From: Azolla caroliniana
Taxonomy: Eukaryota > Plantae > Polypodiophyta
Direction: 5' to 3'
Assembly: GCA_043228905.1 (NCBI GenBank)
Contig: JBHGNT010000003.1
Coordinates: forward strand, 2,170,001-2,234,000
DNA: 64,000 nucleotides
Notes under the pieces: model-generated
What the model was told of the DNA's origin: nothing
Databases searched by the model: none
The model's input: only the letters and a program-made list of their open reading frames with translations
In this document: piece after piece, positions 63,660-64,000 of the stretch
Layout of the letters: every line of letters begins with the position of its first letter
Numbering within the stretch: the first letter of the stretch is position 1
Program-made: the position numbers and the translations under genes

Positions 63660-64000
63660 ATGGGTGAAATTCATATCAACAAGGAAATCAGGCTTACAAT
63701 CCAACCCAATGGGGCCGCTCTGCATCCACATGAATCCATCCCTCTTAACCATACAAACCACTCCATTGGGCTACTTGCCCAATCCAAATGGTGGAAAGAA
63801 ATGATAGAAAAGATCAATGAGATTGCTGTAACTGCTCCTAATACATCTGGATTTAAATGGAAAAGCGAGGAAAATGTGAAGATTTCGATTCCTCCCAAAG
63901 AGCTCTTGGAAGCCAAGAATAAACCATATTGGGATGAAAACCTGACCATCGGACCATTGTATACAAATCTTGTGACCAAATCCTGTCTTGATGACTGTAA
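63660..64000 (+). CDS. DUF247 gene, 5' part (runs off the window)
   Basis: Open frame MGEIHINKEIRLTIQ...VKISIPPKELL...LTIGPLYTNL...DDC after a TATA box and a GAA/GTA leader. Confidence 0.85.
   Translation, partial: MGEIHINKEIRLTIQPNGAALHPHESIPLNHTNHSIGLLAQSKWWKEMIEKINEIAVTAPNTSGFKWKSEENVKISIPPKELLEAKNKPYWDENLTIGPLYTNLVTKSCLDDC

Noticed and set aside
1-64000. Small secreted partner gene like grass sS/sZ (HPS10-like)
   Set aside because: No convincing signal-peptide ORF was recognised between the DUF247 genes. A short spliced gene could have been missed.

Overview
AT-rich plant nuclear DNA (species not determinable from the sequence). The window is a head-to-tail tandem array of intronless DUF247/UPF0481 genes, all on the + strand. 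It holds 7 apparently intact genes, 1 chimeric gene with a replaced C-terminus, 1 gene running off the right edge, 3 frameshifted full-length pseudogenes, 1 truncated copy and many decayed fragments. The genes form two related ~30-34 kb multi-gene modules (A ~1-34268, B ~34269-64000) with patchy identity and microhomology junctions. The proteins share DUF247 core motifs in an atypical form (GPLY, IGNQIP), a C-terminal transmembrane helix and a hypervariable central loop, which in one lineage is a 17-aa tandem repeat. Nearly every copy has a (GAA)n tract just before its ATG. Mobile elements: a near full-length but disabled RTE-X-like LINE (minus strand, ~25.7-30.5 kb), a second fragment of that family with a nested solo LTR, a degenerate hAT element with TIRs and an 8-bp TSD, and a Ty1/copia RNase H/PPT remnant. 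Family assignments come from motif recognition by eye, not database searches. Boundaries of decayed elements are approximate.
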